Under the pieces are notes generated by a model. The model was not told where the DNA came from. It searched no databases and saw nothing but the letters and a program-made list of their open reading frames with translations. This document shows, piece by piece, positions 1 to 12,190 of a stretch of 64,000 nt of DNA. A program made the translations under genes and the position numbers. Position 1 is the stretch's first letter. Every line of letters starts with the position of its first letter. This DNA comes from Lama guanicoe (lineage: Eukaryota): contig MU053994.1 of assembly GCA_013239625.1 (NCBI GenBank), forward strand, positions 4,445,434-4,509,433, written 5' to 3'.

Positions 1-1521
1 TAATGAATGACAAATCAAGACATAAAGACTTCTTTCAAGATCTGACTCAAGTGACTGAATTCGCAAAGTACATTTACTTCTCTTGAGGCACATAACAATT
101 TCTGTCATATTTAAGCATATTTATATCTTATGCATTTAATTTTTCATTCAGAATACATGCCTCGTTAGGGCAAGAATAAGATTAATTCATATTTGTGACG
201 CTCAAGGTACAAGCAAAGTGGGGAAAAACTAGGTGTCTTGAAATGTAATCTCCTCAACGATTCAAATAATCTTCATTCAAATTTCTAAACTCACAAACAT
301 TTATAATTTGTCAAGAAAAAGCATTTTTATCATTCATAAAATATTAATAATAAAAATCAGGTATTGTTTTAAAGACACTAAAACTAACTCAGAGAAGAGT
401 TTAGTTCATGCAAAAGAATGACATGAAGTAATAGATTCGTTTTTCTGAGATTTGTAAAATCGCTGACTTTATAAACTCAAACCCAGTCAAACTGTGAAGT
501 CCAGTCTATTGAAAGCATTTTTATTCTATACTGAAAATGCTCACAATCCAGTATAAGGAGTAAATGGATATTGAAATTCTGGTGAAACGTGAGTCAAACT
601 CTGCTTAGCGTAATCAAATGCACAGTGGTCAAAGAGAAATTCACTGATGTGTATTGACCTGTTTTGCCTGAGTCATTTATTTGGGACAAAAAGACATTCT
701 GCCATTATATCTGTGAACTTAATCAAACACAGTCGCCTACCACACACTGACAACATTGTCAGTCCCCAGTCAATTATTAATAAAAAATGGCCCTCCCTGC
801 TACCATCCCCGTGAGTGGGCAGATTTTCTAACCATAATCACCTGAAGTCTTTGTAATTTAAAGGCCTAATTTTCTGCCCTCATTTTCATAAAGCCTTTTA
901 TAGCAGGCACAATACACTCCAGTGGGTAAGTAATGTAGCATATCCTTGGTACATGCAAAGATTACTTCATTAATTACAAAGAAAAACTATAAAAGAGGCC
1001 ACCTACTTTCCACAATGTGTTTGCAGAAAATGCCATAGGTGGGCATTTAAAATTATTTGGGTGTACATAGAATTATCTTAAACATCTGTATCCAGTTTTA
1101 CACATACAGTGTCTTAAAAGACAAACATTATTGTAAAGGGTTATTTTCCAAAGAGCAGATTCCTTTCCTATCCCTCAGCTGACTGCTGGTCTTAGGAGAC
1201 AACTGCTTCCAACTACTTCGGCGCTTTTGATTCTGGTATATAACAGCCTGACTGCTACTTTTATTTTTTCTTTCTGTTTTCAATATTGTCTGCTGATTTC
1301 CTACTATGAGAGAGGCGTATTCAGCGCTCTTAGACATGCCTCAGTTTTCAAACACCCCTCCTAATTAGTACATTTCCCTTCCCCTTATTTTTTGGGGAGA
1401 TCAACATTCTGTTTTGCATTCTTATGACAAGCTTAACATAATTGTGGATTTAGCCATGCAGTTGCCATGCTTGTATTTCATTTCCTGTAAAACTATTTTT
1501 AAAATTTCCTCAAAATTAATA

Positions 1522-1720
1522 CAGTTGACCCTGAACAACACAGGGTGGAAGTGTGTGGGTGCACTCATACGTGGATTTTTTTTCAGTAGTAAATACTGCG
1601 GTAATACACAGTCTGGGTTTGTTGAATCCACGGATGCGAACAGCAGATACAAAGAGCTGACTGTAAGTTATGTGCAGATCTTCAACTCTGGATGGTCGGG
1701 GCGCCCCTAACCTCGGCATT
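1522..1720. mobile_element. Tigger2/MER8-like TcMar MITE, right end truncated
   Basis: TA followed by TIR CAGTTGACCCTGAACAAC; collinear with the complete copy at 34245-34720. Confidence 0.75.
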
Positions 1721-1724
1721 GGTA

Positions 1725-1998
1725 GATATTATGGGGTGAATCTGAATACCCCACCTTCCCCCATTCAGGACTGAGGCCCTCATTCCGCAGCTGCTGGGAG
1801 CTTTGGCAGCTGAAGGTTCTCTGCTAAGACAACCTGACCCAGGGTCAGGTCACGTCTCCTGGAGCCACCTGCACCAGGTGACTTGCTTCACACACCTTTA
1901 TAACAGCCCACAGGTGTCGATCTGAAAGGAACTCCCCTGTAAGCGCCCTGCAGCATCATCTCCATCTTTGAGTTTATTTTCAGGCACTGACCCAAACA
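1725..1998 (+). mobile_element. LTR16-family (ERVL) solo LTR, degraded
   Basis: GGACTGAGGCCCTCATTCC..CAGCTGCTGGGAG motif and an LTR16-like end (..GACCCAAACA). Confidence 0.55.
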
Positions 1999-2280
1999 GA
2001 TGCATGTGAATTTGAGTATCTGGGGCCAAAGCAAAGTGGCACCATCGCAAATCTCATTCCTCCAAGGTAAGATATTGTAAGTTCTAGGCATTGAGGAACC
2101 AGTTAAAAACACTGCTAAAATGATTCTTTCTGGGATCAGACTGTGCAGGTTTGCAACTTAGCTTTATGTCTCTCAGCTCCATAAGCTCCATGGTCTTGCC
2201 CAATTTCTGCTCATTGTAACTCTGTCTCCTTTCCTCACATTTACAGTGGCAGCGATAGTGTTGCCTACGCCAAAGGAGGG

Positions 2281-2468
2281 CAGGGGTTCTCAAACTTTAG
2301 CCTACATGACAATCACAGTGAGCTTATTAAAGCACAGATGCCTGGTTCCCACCAGTAAAGTGTCTGAGTCAGTAGGTCTGGTGTGGGGGCCCCCAAATTA
2401 GCATTTCTAACAAGTTCCCTGGTGACTATGACGCTGCTGGCCTGAGGATCACACTTTACGATCCACCG
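2281..2468. mobile_element. MER5A (hAT-Charlie MITE)
   Basis: CAGGGGTTCTCAAACTTTAG start; CTGAGTCAGTAGGTCTGG and GCATTTCTAACAAGTTCCC core motifs. Confidence 0.85.
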
Positions 2469-2474
2469 CCACAG

Positions 2475-2570
2475 GGTTTTGTGAAGATAAAATGAAAAAA
2501 AAAAAAATGTCTACAATGTGCTGAGCTCGGGACAAGTAAGTGCTGAAAAATCTGAGCTGTCTTTGCTGTT
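2475..2570 (+). mobile_element. MIR 3' fragment
   Basis: GGGTTTTGTGAAGATAAAATGA...AAGTAAGTGCT MIR tail motif. Confidence 0.5.
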
Positions 2571-3959
2571 GTTGGAAACAGCTATGTTTTTACACTCATA
2601 GACTTTGAACTGAACCTCTGTGCCTAAGACGGTTTTAGGAACTGAGAAAAGCAGAGAGAAACAATAAAATCCAAGGAGCAGGCGATTGCAAACAAAGTCC
2701 GTGGACCACACTGAACCAGAGCTGGCCAATTATGAAAACATCACAAAGATGGTGATGACCGACAAGCTGAGGAAATCCCCTCTCAGTGATGTAAACATAA
2801 CACAAACTGCATCTCTGACTAGGCCCGAGCCCCGCGTCATGCCATCAGCACCTCTATCTCAGCTCATACTTCTCCTTTTGTAATTTCAAACCTACTGAAG
2901 CAGGGTTTTTGGAGGGGAGGTAGGGCATGGTCTCATTGTTTCTGGCTCAATTGCTTTATCTCATCGCAGAAGACAAGCTTAATAAATCAAAATTTTCTAC
3001 TGCTTACATTTTTCAATCATTACAAATACTACTTTTCTTCCCCCCGACAAGTGGGATAGTTCCATTCATGCAATTAACTACTTGCCAATTTTGAGGATCC
3101 CTCCCTCAAGTCCACCTAAAAGGCGATTCCATGAAGCCTATGTCCAAGGTCATGAACAATATCTGTTCACTGTGGCCACATCAGAAAAGAGTAACTTGGA
3201 AAAGTAGGAATTGGTTTGCAAGGATGTTAGGCTCTTCTCTATAACATTTCTCTGTAGCTCTGATCCAGGAAGACTAGATTCACATGTAGCCAACGTTTTC
3301 TCAGCACCTACCATGTGTCAGGCCTTGTGCTAGGTACTTGTCCAGATGTATCTTGTGTAGTTCCCATAACAATACGCACATCTAATATTCTGTATTAAGG
3401 TGACAGAGGCTTGATGTTATAATATAATAGAGTGAAGTCTGCAGGAAACAGAAATATCCATGCATCTCTTATTTGCAGTGAGTAATTTGATATTTATTTT
3501 AAAGAAAGATTAGTTTGAATGTCACAGTCTGCACATTTCATTTCGTTTCTTCTTTAAAGTAACTCAGTAGCTTGCAGACTCTTATGTGTATAACAATTAA
3601 TATAAAAGTTGTACATTGAAAAGCAGAGGTGCCACACTTTATAGTTGATTTAAGGATCTTTCAAGGATATTGTTGGCTATAGGGGATTTTTATCTTAAAG
3701 GTTGACTTTCAAAACTCATTTCTACATAAAATGAGACTTTTATGAACATCTTAAGCCCCATATTTCTGGCTCTCTGAATCCACAGCATGTCAATATGATG
3801 TTTGCCTCTCTTTCCTACAGTACAGGAATGGACCTCAATCAGGAATAAAGTCTGGGGTGGGGGTGGGGGATGGTCCTAAAGCTGGAGAGAATGGTCTTAA
3901 AGAAATGGCACACACTGTACTCAGCCTTGAAGAAAACCTTTAGGATTATATTGGAGTTA

Positions 3960-4970
3960 TTTTCATCAATTGGTTCAACAAGTATTTATGTGGCATTGAA
4001 TACATGGCAAGTACTGCTCTGGGAGCTAGGAATGCAGCAATAAATAATGCACAAATTGCTGTTTTCAGGGAGTTTACATTTTAGAATCAGAAGAGACAGA
4101 CAAGCAACAAATAAATATACATGTACTATGTCATGGTATATTTCATGATATGAAGTAGCCCAAAGGGACAGAAAATAGGGGATACTATTTTTATTTAACA
4201 CCATCAGAGAAGGAGAACCAAGAGAATGATGTTCCAGAAACAAAGTGAAGAACGTCTACTAAAAAGAAGAGAGAGTGATCAGCTGAGATGTATGCAGAAA
4301 ACAGATCCAATAAGGTGAAAACTGAGAAATGATCACTGGATGTGCAACATGAAGGACATTGTGACCTTGATAAGGAAGCTCTGGGGGACTGATGAGGATG
4401 GAAGCCTGATCAGAGTGGGCGCGAGAGAAAATCAGAGAAGAGAAGACAGAAGTGAGAAACAACGTTTGTTAAAATGGCAACAGAGAAATGGAACGGTAGA
4501 CAGAGGGGAATGTGTGATGAAGGGAGAGAAACATTACTGTATGTCTCCCTGCTGAGAAGACTGATCCAGTGCTGAGGGAAAATTGAAGACAGAAGAAAAA
4601 GATGAGGACACGTCCTAGAGCAATGTCCTTGAGTGGGAAGTCAGGAATGGGATCACGTGGGCAGGGAGAGGGTTTGGCCTTACCTAAAGAGGATAAAGCA
4701 CTCATCTGTTGTGACACAAGGGAAAGTGTAGAGGAATGATACAGATACGGAAGACTGACGATGACTTTGGTGGGAAGGTATGAAACTTCCCTTTTGAATG
4801 CTTCTATCTTCTCAGTGAAATAAGAAACAAGGCCATCTGTTGGAAATGAGAAAAAGGCAGGAGGTATTGGTGGTTGTGGAAAGAGGAAAAGGCTTGATAA
4901 TAATTATCTAAAAGAATGGGAGAATGAATTGACTTAGGAAAAATAATGGAACTCCCCCGCAGCTTTAAGG
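3960..4970 (-). mobile_element. L2 3' region
   Basis: TTCAACAAGTATTTAT..GTACTGCTCTGGGAGCTAGGAAT L2 terminus followed by purine-rich L2 body (GATCACTGGAT..GTGACCTTGATAAG). Confidence 0.7.
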
Positions 4971-5947
4971 GCTCACCCGACGTCTGCACACATGTGGATT
5001 GCATTTGGAGAGCTGGCTGGCCCCGAGGCAGTCTCTAGAATGGCAGGCAGGATGGAGGTCCTAGGATGTTGTACCTCGATCTGAGGGTGTGCTGTGTTAT
5101 TTCCTGCTTCATGTAACCATCTTCATAAATTTCTATGACCTTTGCCATTAAAGAGAGTTGACATCCTCAAGCAGTGACTGTTTGCATCTTTGCATCAATC
5201 ATGCTGCTGTCCATTGTGACAAGCAAGCGAGGAGAGACTAGAATAATAGCATTATTCTTCAGGCACCTCGCCAATACAATAAAGAAGTCAGAGACCCTCC
5301 TATTCATGCTCCAGGAATGAAATAAACAGCTCTACTTGCTAGAAATGAAAAGCACTTTGCTTATACTGGATTTCCTGTACTCCACTCAGGTTTTCCTCCT
5401 AATTCATGGCCTGATGATCCACTGAACTCTCTGAATATCACAAGAACTCATCTAGGTAAGAAAAATATCATTACTTTGCTTCTAAATCTTTGATGGCTCA
5501 TTTCCTAAATAAGTTTTCAACTCATTAGCCTAACGTGGGGAACACTTCTCAGACATCCTTCTCACTCATCTCCACCCTCTCTTCTCACACTCTTTGTCTG
5601 TCCACCTTTTACCTTAGACCTGCTTTACTGGTTAAACACCTGGTTTAGGATCCCAAGAGAAGAAAAGTAACTCTGCTGCTTTTGATAGGGAAAACTTTAG
5701 ACACCTTCCATCAAAATCCTTGCCTTAGAAGACAAGAACTTCCCACCACATGGGCCAAGGAAGCCTCTTAAACTCATTTCTCACATATTACTATGGCTCT
5801 CAATATCCCTCTACTATAGAACACAGCCCAAACTGAAAGAACTTCTAAAATTGACTCTCTCTTGTCAACATCTCAACTGTGGTTCTTTGGTATTACGGTT
5901 CAAGGTATTTCAACTAAGATAGTATATTTTTTTAAATTTCAGTTTTA

Positions 5948-6182
5948 CAAAAACGAAGCAGACTCACAGATATAGAGAACAAAGAAGTGGTTACCAGGGG
6001 GAAGAGTGAGAGCAGCGGAGGGACAATACAGAGGTGGGGGAGTGAGAAGTACAAACTACTGAGTGTAAGATAGGTTACAGGGATGTATTGTATAACATGG
6101 GAATATAGCCAATAGTTTGTAATAACTGTAAATGGAGTGTAACCTTTAAAATTGTACAAAAATAAAAAATTAAATTAAAAAA
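5948..6182 (+). mobile_element. 5'-truncated L1 3' UTR with A-tail
   Basis: AGACTCACAGATATAGAGAACAAA..GTGGTTACCAG; AATAAA and A-rich tail; degenerate TSD AAATTT(C)AGTT(T/C)TA at ~5934 and ~6181. Confidence 0.85.
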
Positions 6183-6197
6183 ATTTAGTTCTAGCCT

Positions 6198-6684
6198 TGT
6201 ATTGGTCCAAATCCTCCAGACAGCAAGCACCAAGATTGAATTAAAAGCACAAGTGGTGTACTGGGGGGAAATGCTGGTGATAGATAAACGAGTAGAGAGT
6301 AAGAGAGGGGAGAGGCAAAGAGAGTCTTCAGACGTTAATATGGGTCTGACAACTGTGAAAGGAGAGGAGAAAGGAAGGAAGATTGGGTAGCAAGGATCTC
6401 AGACACCAGCAGAGCTCTGAGAAAGTCTTGATCAAGCCAATGAGAAGCCCCAGAGCAAAGACTGCTCTTCAGAGAAGTCCCGTGTCAGGCAGGAATGGCC
6501 CGGCTCTCATGCCTCCGCTGTGCTCAGTCATTGGTGGGAACAGCCTGGAGAGGCTGTGGCCTCGGGGGCAACCAGGCAGCAGATCCCAAAGGTGCAGCAG
6601 CTGGGGGCTGTCAGCTGACAGCACTCCTCCCAGAAGGTTCTCTCTTGTAAGACAATCTGCGTGTGCACCTCCATGGCTGCCACA
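6198..6684 (-). mobile_element. LTR16-family (ERVL) solo LTR
   Basis: TG..CA ends; minus strand begins TGTGGCAGCCATGGAGGTGC and contains CAGCCCCCAGCTGCTGCACCTTTGGGATCTGC and CCAATGACTGAGCAC. Confidence 0.75.
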
Positions 6685-7349
6685 ATCATCTACATTATCT
6701 CTACATCTATTCTCTGTTTTCTCTTTTTACAATCATTACCAACAGACAAAGTGACCATCTTCTGAATTTCTACAAACTTTCATACATCAGGATCTTTACT
6801 GACACCGTTGCCTCTCTCTGCCTTTCCTTTTCTTGTCTGTCTGGTTGTCTTTGACTCAATCCTGGATAATTAGTCATGCTTCCTTTATGATGTCTTTCAT
6901 ACCCCAACGTCCTTTATGTCTCCCATAGATCTCGGCACTACTTCAGTAAAGTATTTATAATATTTTAGTAAGTTGTTTGCATTATTTACAGTGCTAAATT
7001 TGAAAACTCCTTTAGAGAAGGGACCATATTGTATTTATTTTTGTATCCCTAACTCCAACTGTCTGCCCAGGTGCCCCAGAGTGCTTCAGCAAAGTCACAA
7101 GGGGTATCATGGGGTAATCTACATGTTTGAGGAAAACAGAATGACACAGCATAAACTGTAACTATTAAATTGCTTGGATTTAACTACTTAAAATTGGAAC
7201 TGTTACGTATTTCTTTTGGTTTAGGGTTTCTGTGAACTGAGCAAAGCAGGGAAATCCTCTCCTAACTCCCAACACGTGCAGTACTTGGGACATAACATTT
7301 GTTAGGTAAATGACTCAACTATGGATTTTAGATCATTTTTCTTACTTGT

Positions 7350-7570
7350 AGACATTTAATCAGCATATGCTCTCCCTGTGCCAGCCATTGTGCTAAGTAC
7401 TTTATCTGTCTTATGTCATTCATCCTTCCAGCAGCCCCTTGAGGGAATTAATATTGGTATCTCCGTTCTAAAGACTGGGAAACTGAAAGACAGAATGATG
7501 GAGTCACTTTCCCAACAGAAAAGATATGGAGCTGATACTCCAAAGCCCATTCTGTTAACCACTATGTTCT
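7350..7570 (-). mobile_element. MIR SINE
   Basis: GTGCCAGCCATTGTGCTAAGTACTTT..GGGAAACTGA core. Confidence 0.65.
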
Positions 7571-8944
7571 ACACACAAACTCCCAAAGGATTTTCAAAAT
7601 AACAAGTGGTGAAGTTGATGGAAAAATAATAGAATCACATTCACTTTATTACAGTATATATAGAGTGATACTTTGTGAGTTAGGGAGATGAATTCATTAT
7701 GGGATACCTCTTCAACAACTACTATTGGGTGTCTGCTGTGTGCAAAATGCTATAAGGGATACAAAGATGGAAAAGAAATCATTCTGAAACTGACAATTTT
7801 GAACCAAAGATGAGGTCATTTTCACAACAGTTTCATATTTACAACATACTTTGCTATTCTGATCTCACCCTGGCAGTGAACTTTTTCAGAGACGCTCCTA
7901 GGGATTTAGTTTTATCCATTCAATTAGCTTCTTCACACTAAGGTTGAAATTTTTACTGTCTATACCAGCCACTGAACTTGCCCTATCTAGGTTTCAGCAG
8001 CTTTGGGCAACTGAAAGAGGAACTCCCATTCCCTATTTCCTCTCCTTCCTAATTTAAGAAGGGCTCCTAGTTGATAGATTAATAGTAGCAGCTGGCATAG
8101 GGATCAATGTGCATTAGAAGTTGCTTAAGTGGCAGGTAGGGGTAGTGTTTTGCTGCCCTCAGTTGGCAGGGATGGGGAGGACCAGAATAAGAGTCACCAT
8201 CCATAGGCAATTCCTCAGGTAACCAGCATCAGAATCACCAGAGGTTTTTTGATATGAAATCCGAGACTCGACTGCTGACTCCCAAAATCTGATTCTTGTG
8301 GAATCTGCCCTCCAAGTGAGTTTCACACTCCCTAAAATTAAACCAGACAAATCTAGTATAACTCTATCAAAAATTCAGATTGACCTATACATTTATAGTC
8401 TGTTATTGGCTAAGGTGAAACTGTGGGCTGCAAGTCTTATACTGTTCTGACAGATGGGATCGCTGGTATTTAGTTCGGATTCTGATGCTGACTCTGTGTA
8501 TAACCTTTAGCAAGTCACTTAACCAGTCTGAGCCTGAGATTTTATTTGAGTTAAATAGGCTGAACTCTTATTTTACAATCTTGAGATTCTATAATTTATT
8601 CTACTGAACATGGTGACAAAATAATTTTAGAAGCTATTATGGAACCCTTAAAAAACAGGAAAGAAGTCTTATAGATAAGGTATGTAAAATAAATAAGATA
8701 AACATAAAATTCTAGAAATACAGAAGAAAATTTTTAGAAGAACCATTTTCAGCCATGGGCAAGCACACACCCAAAGCCTTCTAAAATTCTGCATAAATAA
8801 ATGTAAAATAAGGGATTTGCTTTTATCTTGATGATTACAGTACCAGAAAAAGTGGACCAGATTGAGTCAGTATCTACCTGAAGAAATTGAAGTATTTTAC
8901 ATTGTCTTGTATGGTAGATGTGATGCTATTAATATTAGTGAATT

Positions 8945-9762
8945 TTCTTTTTTCATTTTTAGATTCTACATATGAGTGATATCATATGGTATTTTTCTTT
9001 CTCTTTCTGGCTTACTTCACTTAGAATGATGATCTCCAGGTCCATCCATGTTGCTGCAAATGGCATTATTTTATTATTTTTTATGGCTGAGTGTATTCCA
9101 TTGTACAAATGTACCACAACTTCTTCATCCAGTCATCTGTCAATGGACATTTAGGCTGTTTCCATGTCTTGGCAATTGTAAATAGTGCTGCTATGAACAT
9201 TGGGGTGCATGTATCTTTTTGAATTAGAGCTTCCTCTGGATATATGCCCAGGAGTGGGATTGCTGGATCATATGGTAAGTTTATTTTTAGTTTTTTGAGG
9301 AATCTCCATACTGTTTTCCACAGTGGCTGCACCAAGCTGCATTCCCACCAGCAGTGTAGGAGGGTTCCCTTTTCTCCACAGCCTCTCCAGCATTTGTCAT
9401 TTGTGGACTTTTGAATAATGGCCATTCTGACTGGTGTGAGGTGATACCTCATTGTAGTTTTGATTTGCATTTCTCTGATAATTAACTATATTGAGCACTT
9501 TTTCCTGTGCCTATTGGCCATCTGTATGTCTTCACTGGAGAATTCCTTGTTTAGGTCTTCTGCCCATTTTTGGATTGGGTTGTTTGTTTTTTTGTTATTA
9601 AGTCATATGAGTTGCTTATATATTCTAGAAATTAAGTCCTTGTCAGTCTCATCATTTGCAAATATTTTCTCTCATTCTGTAGGTTTTTTTGTTTATAGTT
9701 TTCTTTGCTGTGCAAAAGCTTATAAGTTTAATTAGGTCCCATTTGTCTATTTTTGCTTTTCA
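8945..9762 (-). mobile_element. Young 5'-truncated L1: ORF2 C-terminal Cys-rich domain plus proximal 3' UTR
   Basis: ORF 9081-9470 ([30 protein letters not shown]) is the L1 ORF2p C-terminus; closely similar to the + strand copy at 62443-63378; ends at the internal A-rich tract of the 3' UTR. Confidence 0.95.
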
Positions 9763-10053
9763 AATCTATTATTTAAATACAGGAACATAGAATATGTAGT
9801 ACCCCAGGGACTGGAGATGTGAACAACACAAAAAATGAACTCAAATGATTCTGAACCTTTACTTACTCTCTTCAAAGTCTGTACAAATGCATGTAGCTGT
9901 GTCTGTGTCTGTTAGAATAACTGACGGTTTTCAAATTTAACTTCCATGTTAGCATTCATGTTCAATGCTTATTAAAGATAGGAAAAATGTGCTTACATAT
10001 CACAAACATAGATGTGAAAGCCATGGAAGCTAGAAAAAAAAAGCTCCCAGAGC

Positions 10054-10095
10054 TGAGAGAGAGAGAGAGAGAGACAGAAAGAGAGAGAGAGAGAC
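10054..10095. repeat. (GA)n microsatellite
   Basis: Interrupted GA repeat seen directly. Confidence 0.9.
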
Positions 10096-11929
10096 TGTCC
10101 GCATGAATGGATGTCATGATAGACAAGGAATTTGGGACAGACCTTCAAGTATAAGTGTGAGAACTGGTGATGTAGGGAGGGCCTTTCCAGTGTAAGGTAC
10201 TATAGGAGAAAAGGCCAAAAGGCAGGAAAGCCCAGCATGTTTTGAGCGTATGGTAAGCACTCTGATTTTATTGGTACCTTGGGTGGATACTAGAGTAGTT
10301 GAGTAAGAGAAAGAAGTCTCGTAGTATGTGAGTGAGAAGAGGTTTTATCCTATCATTTTATACCTTAGCAAACTATTGTGCAGGTGGTTCACAGTCTTCA
10401 ATCCACTTCCTTCCCCATATAAGACAATCTCTGTCATCCCTGGACAAAGACTAATCAAAGAGTTATAGCCTTTGATAAAGGGTTATAAGAGACCCTGAAA
10501 GAGGTACCTTCAAATCACTACCATCCTGATCCAATTTATAACACTGCCCAGGAAGTATGTTTTCTTCACCATTTCCTGGTCAAGTGGAAGTAGCAGAAGT
10601 GAGGCAAATATGTAGCCAGCAAGACTGATCTGCATATGTGATCAGTGACTGGGTCAGGAGGAAAGAAAAATAGGTTTAAATTATCGCAGAACGTTCTAAA
10701 CACACAGGTTTACATATTTATACAATAGCAACCCCTGTCTTTTCTTTGCTTCCCGCTTTGAATTCTATACACTTTTCCACTTATTATCTACTAGCACCTC
10801 CCTTAGACAGAGGCTGGGCCACTCACTGTAAAGTCCTACAGTGCTGCCTCCTCTGGGGCTCAAACCAGTCCCGACCACTCTGGCTACCTGCTTCATCCCC
10901 TGTGTCATCCTTCCTTATGCTCCATGACACAGGTCTATTTTCATCTGTGTCTGCACGAGCTTTGTTATGCTTCTGTGATGAATATCATGAAAAGAACTCG
11001 ACATTTCCATTCTAGTCTACCTTGCAGTTGGTGTTACATTGACTTATCTCTTTCTTCTCTGTCATAGTACTTCGCCATTTGAGGAGAGACTAGTCTAATC
11101 CCCCAAGCCAAAGCAAACATCACTTGTTTCTAAAATGCTATTTGATTTTGAACATATTAATGTATTTTGCAGTCACTTTTATGCCATATAATTTACTCCC
11201 TAACACAGTAACAAATCATTTTGTCAGTTATTAGTCAGTTGGATATAATACTTTTAAAGTCGGGGCCACTGATATTTAGGAACTGAATCAGGCTCCACTT
11301 GTGGCAACACTTTTATTTCTACCAGGAACCAAAAACAATGCTACTTCTCAAGGCAGCTTTGCCCTACTAGTATCCATATCCCAGCAGCCAGGGAAGGGTG
11401 AGATTTCCATAAGCCAGCAGAGAAAATTTTTAAATTTTTTATGACTATAATGGAAATAATATCTTTAATAAATATATGCTTGACTTAAAAGTTTTAAGTC
11501 AGAGTGTGAAAAAATAAAGGGCATGCAAACATCAAGAATATTTTAATTGTGAAACTGCAGTATCAAGTCATTTGGGGAAAAAAAAAAAGAAAAGCTAAAT
11601 CATGGAATTTAGATAGCTAGTCTCATATCCATGGGACCAGTACATCAGTTAACTTAATACTGACATTCTTTCTGCTATTTTCTAGCATGTTTGGGGGATT
11701 TTTTTTATGTGTTATAAAATCTTTTGAGATTAGTTTGAATGCCATAATACATTTCATAGGCAAATATGAATAACAATTAGATTATTTAAAATGGCAAAAG
11801 ATTGGCAAAAAATAAAACGTCTAACAGGATGAAATCAGCAAATTGTGACATACCCACGCATGCAACTAAAATCTATGCAGATATTAAAAATAAATGAGCT
11901 AATGGAACTTCTCCTAGCAATGCCCTACT

Positions 11930-12190
11930 CATTCATTCATTCAGGAAATATTTACTGGTGGTCCATTTAGTGCCCAAACTGTGCTAGATGCTGGGAATCA
12001 CTGGTGAGCAAAACAGACATGGTCCTGTTCTTATGCAGCTTCCTCTTAACTGGCCAATCAATCATATAAACATATACTCAAAATTTATGATAAAACAGCA
12101 GGACAGAAGGAAAATATGAGTAGATATGAGAGAATATAACAGGAGTATTGATACCAAAAGAGATAGAGAAGGGTTTCCTAAAGTAACTTT
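11930..12190 (-). mobile_element. L2 3' fragment
   Basis: CATTCATTCATTCAGGAAATATTTACTG..TGTGCTAGATGCTGGG. Confidence 0.7.
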
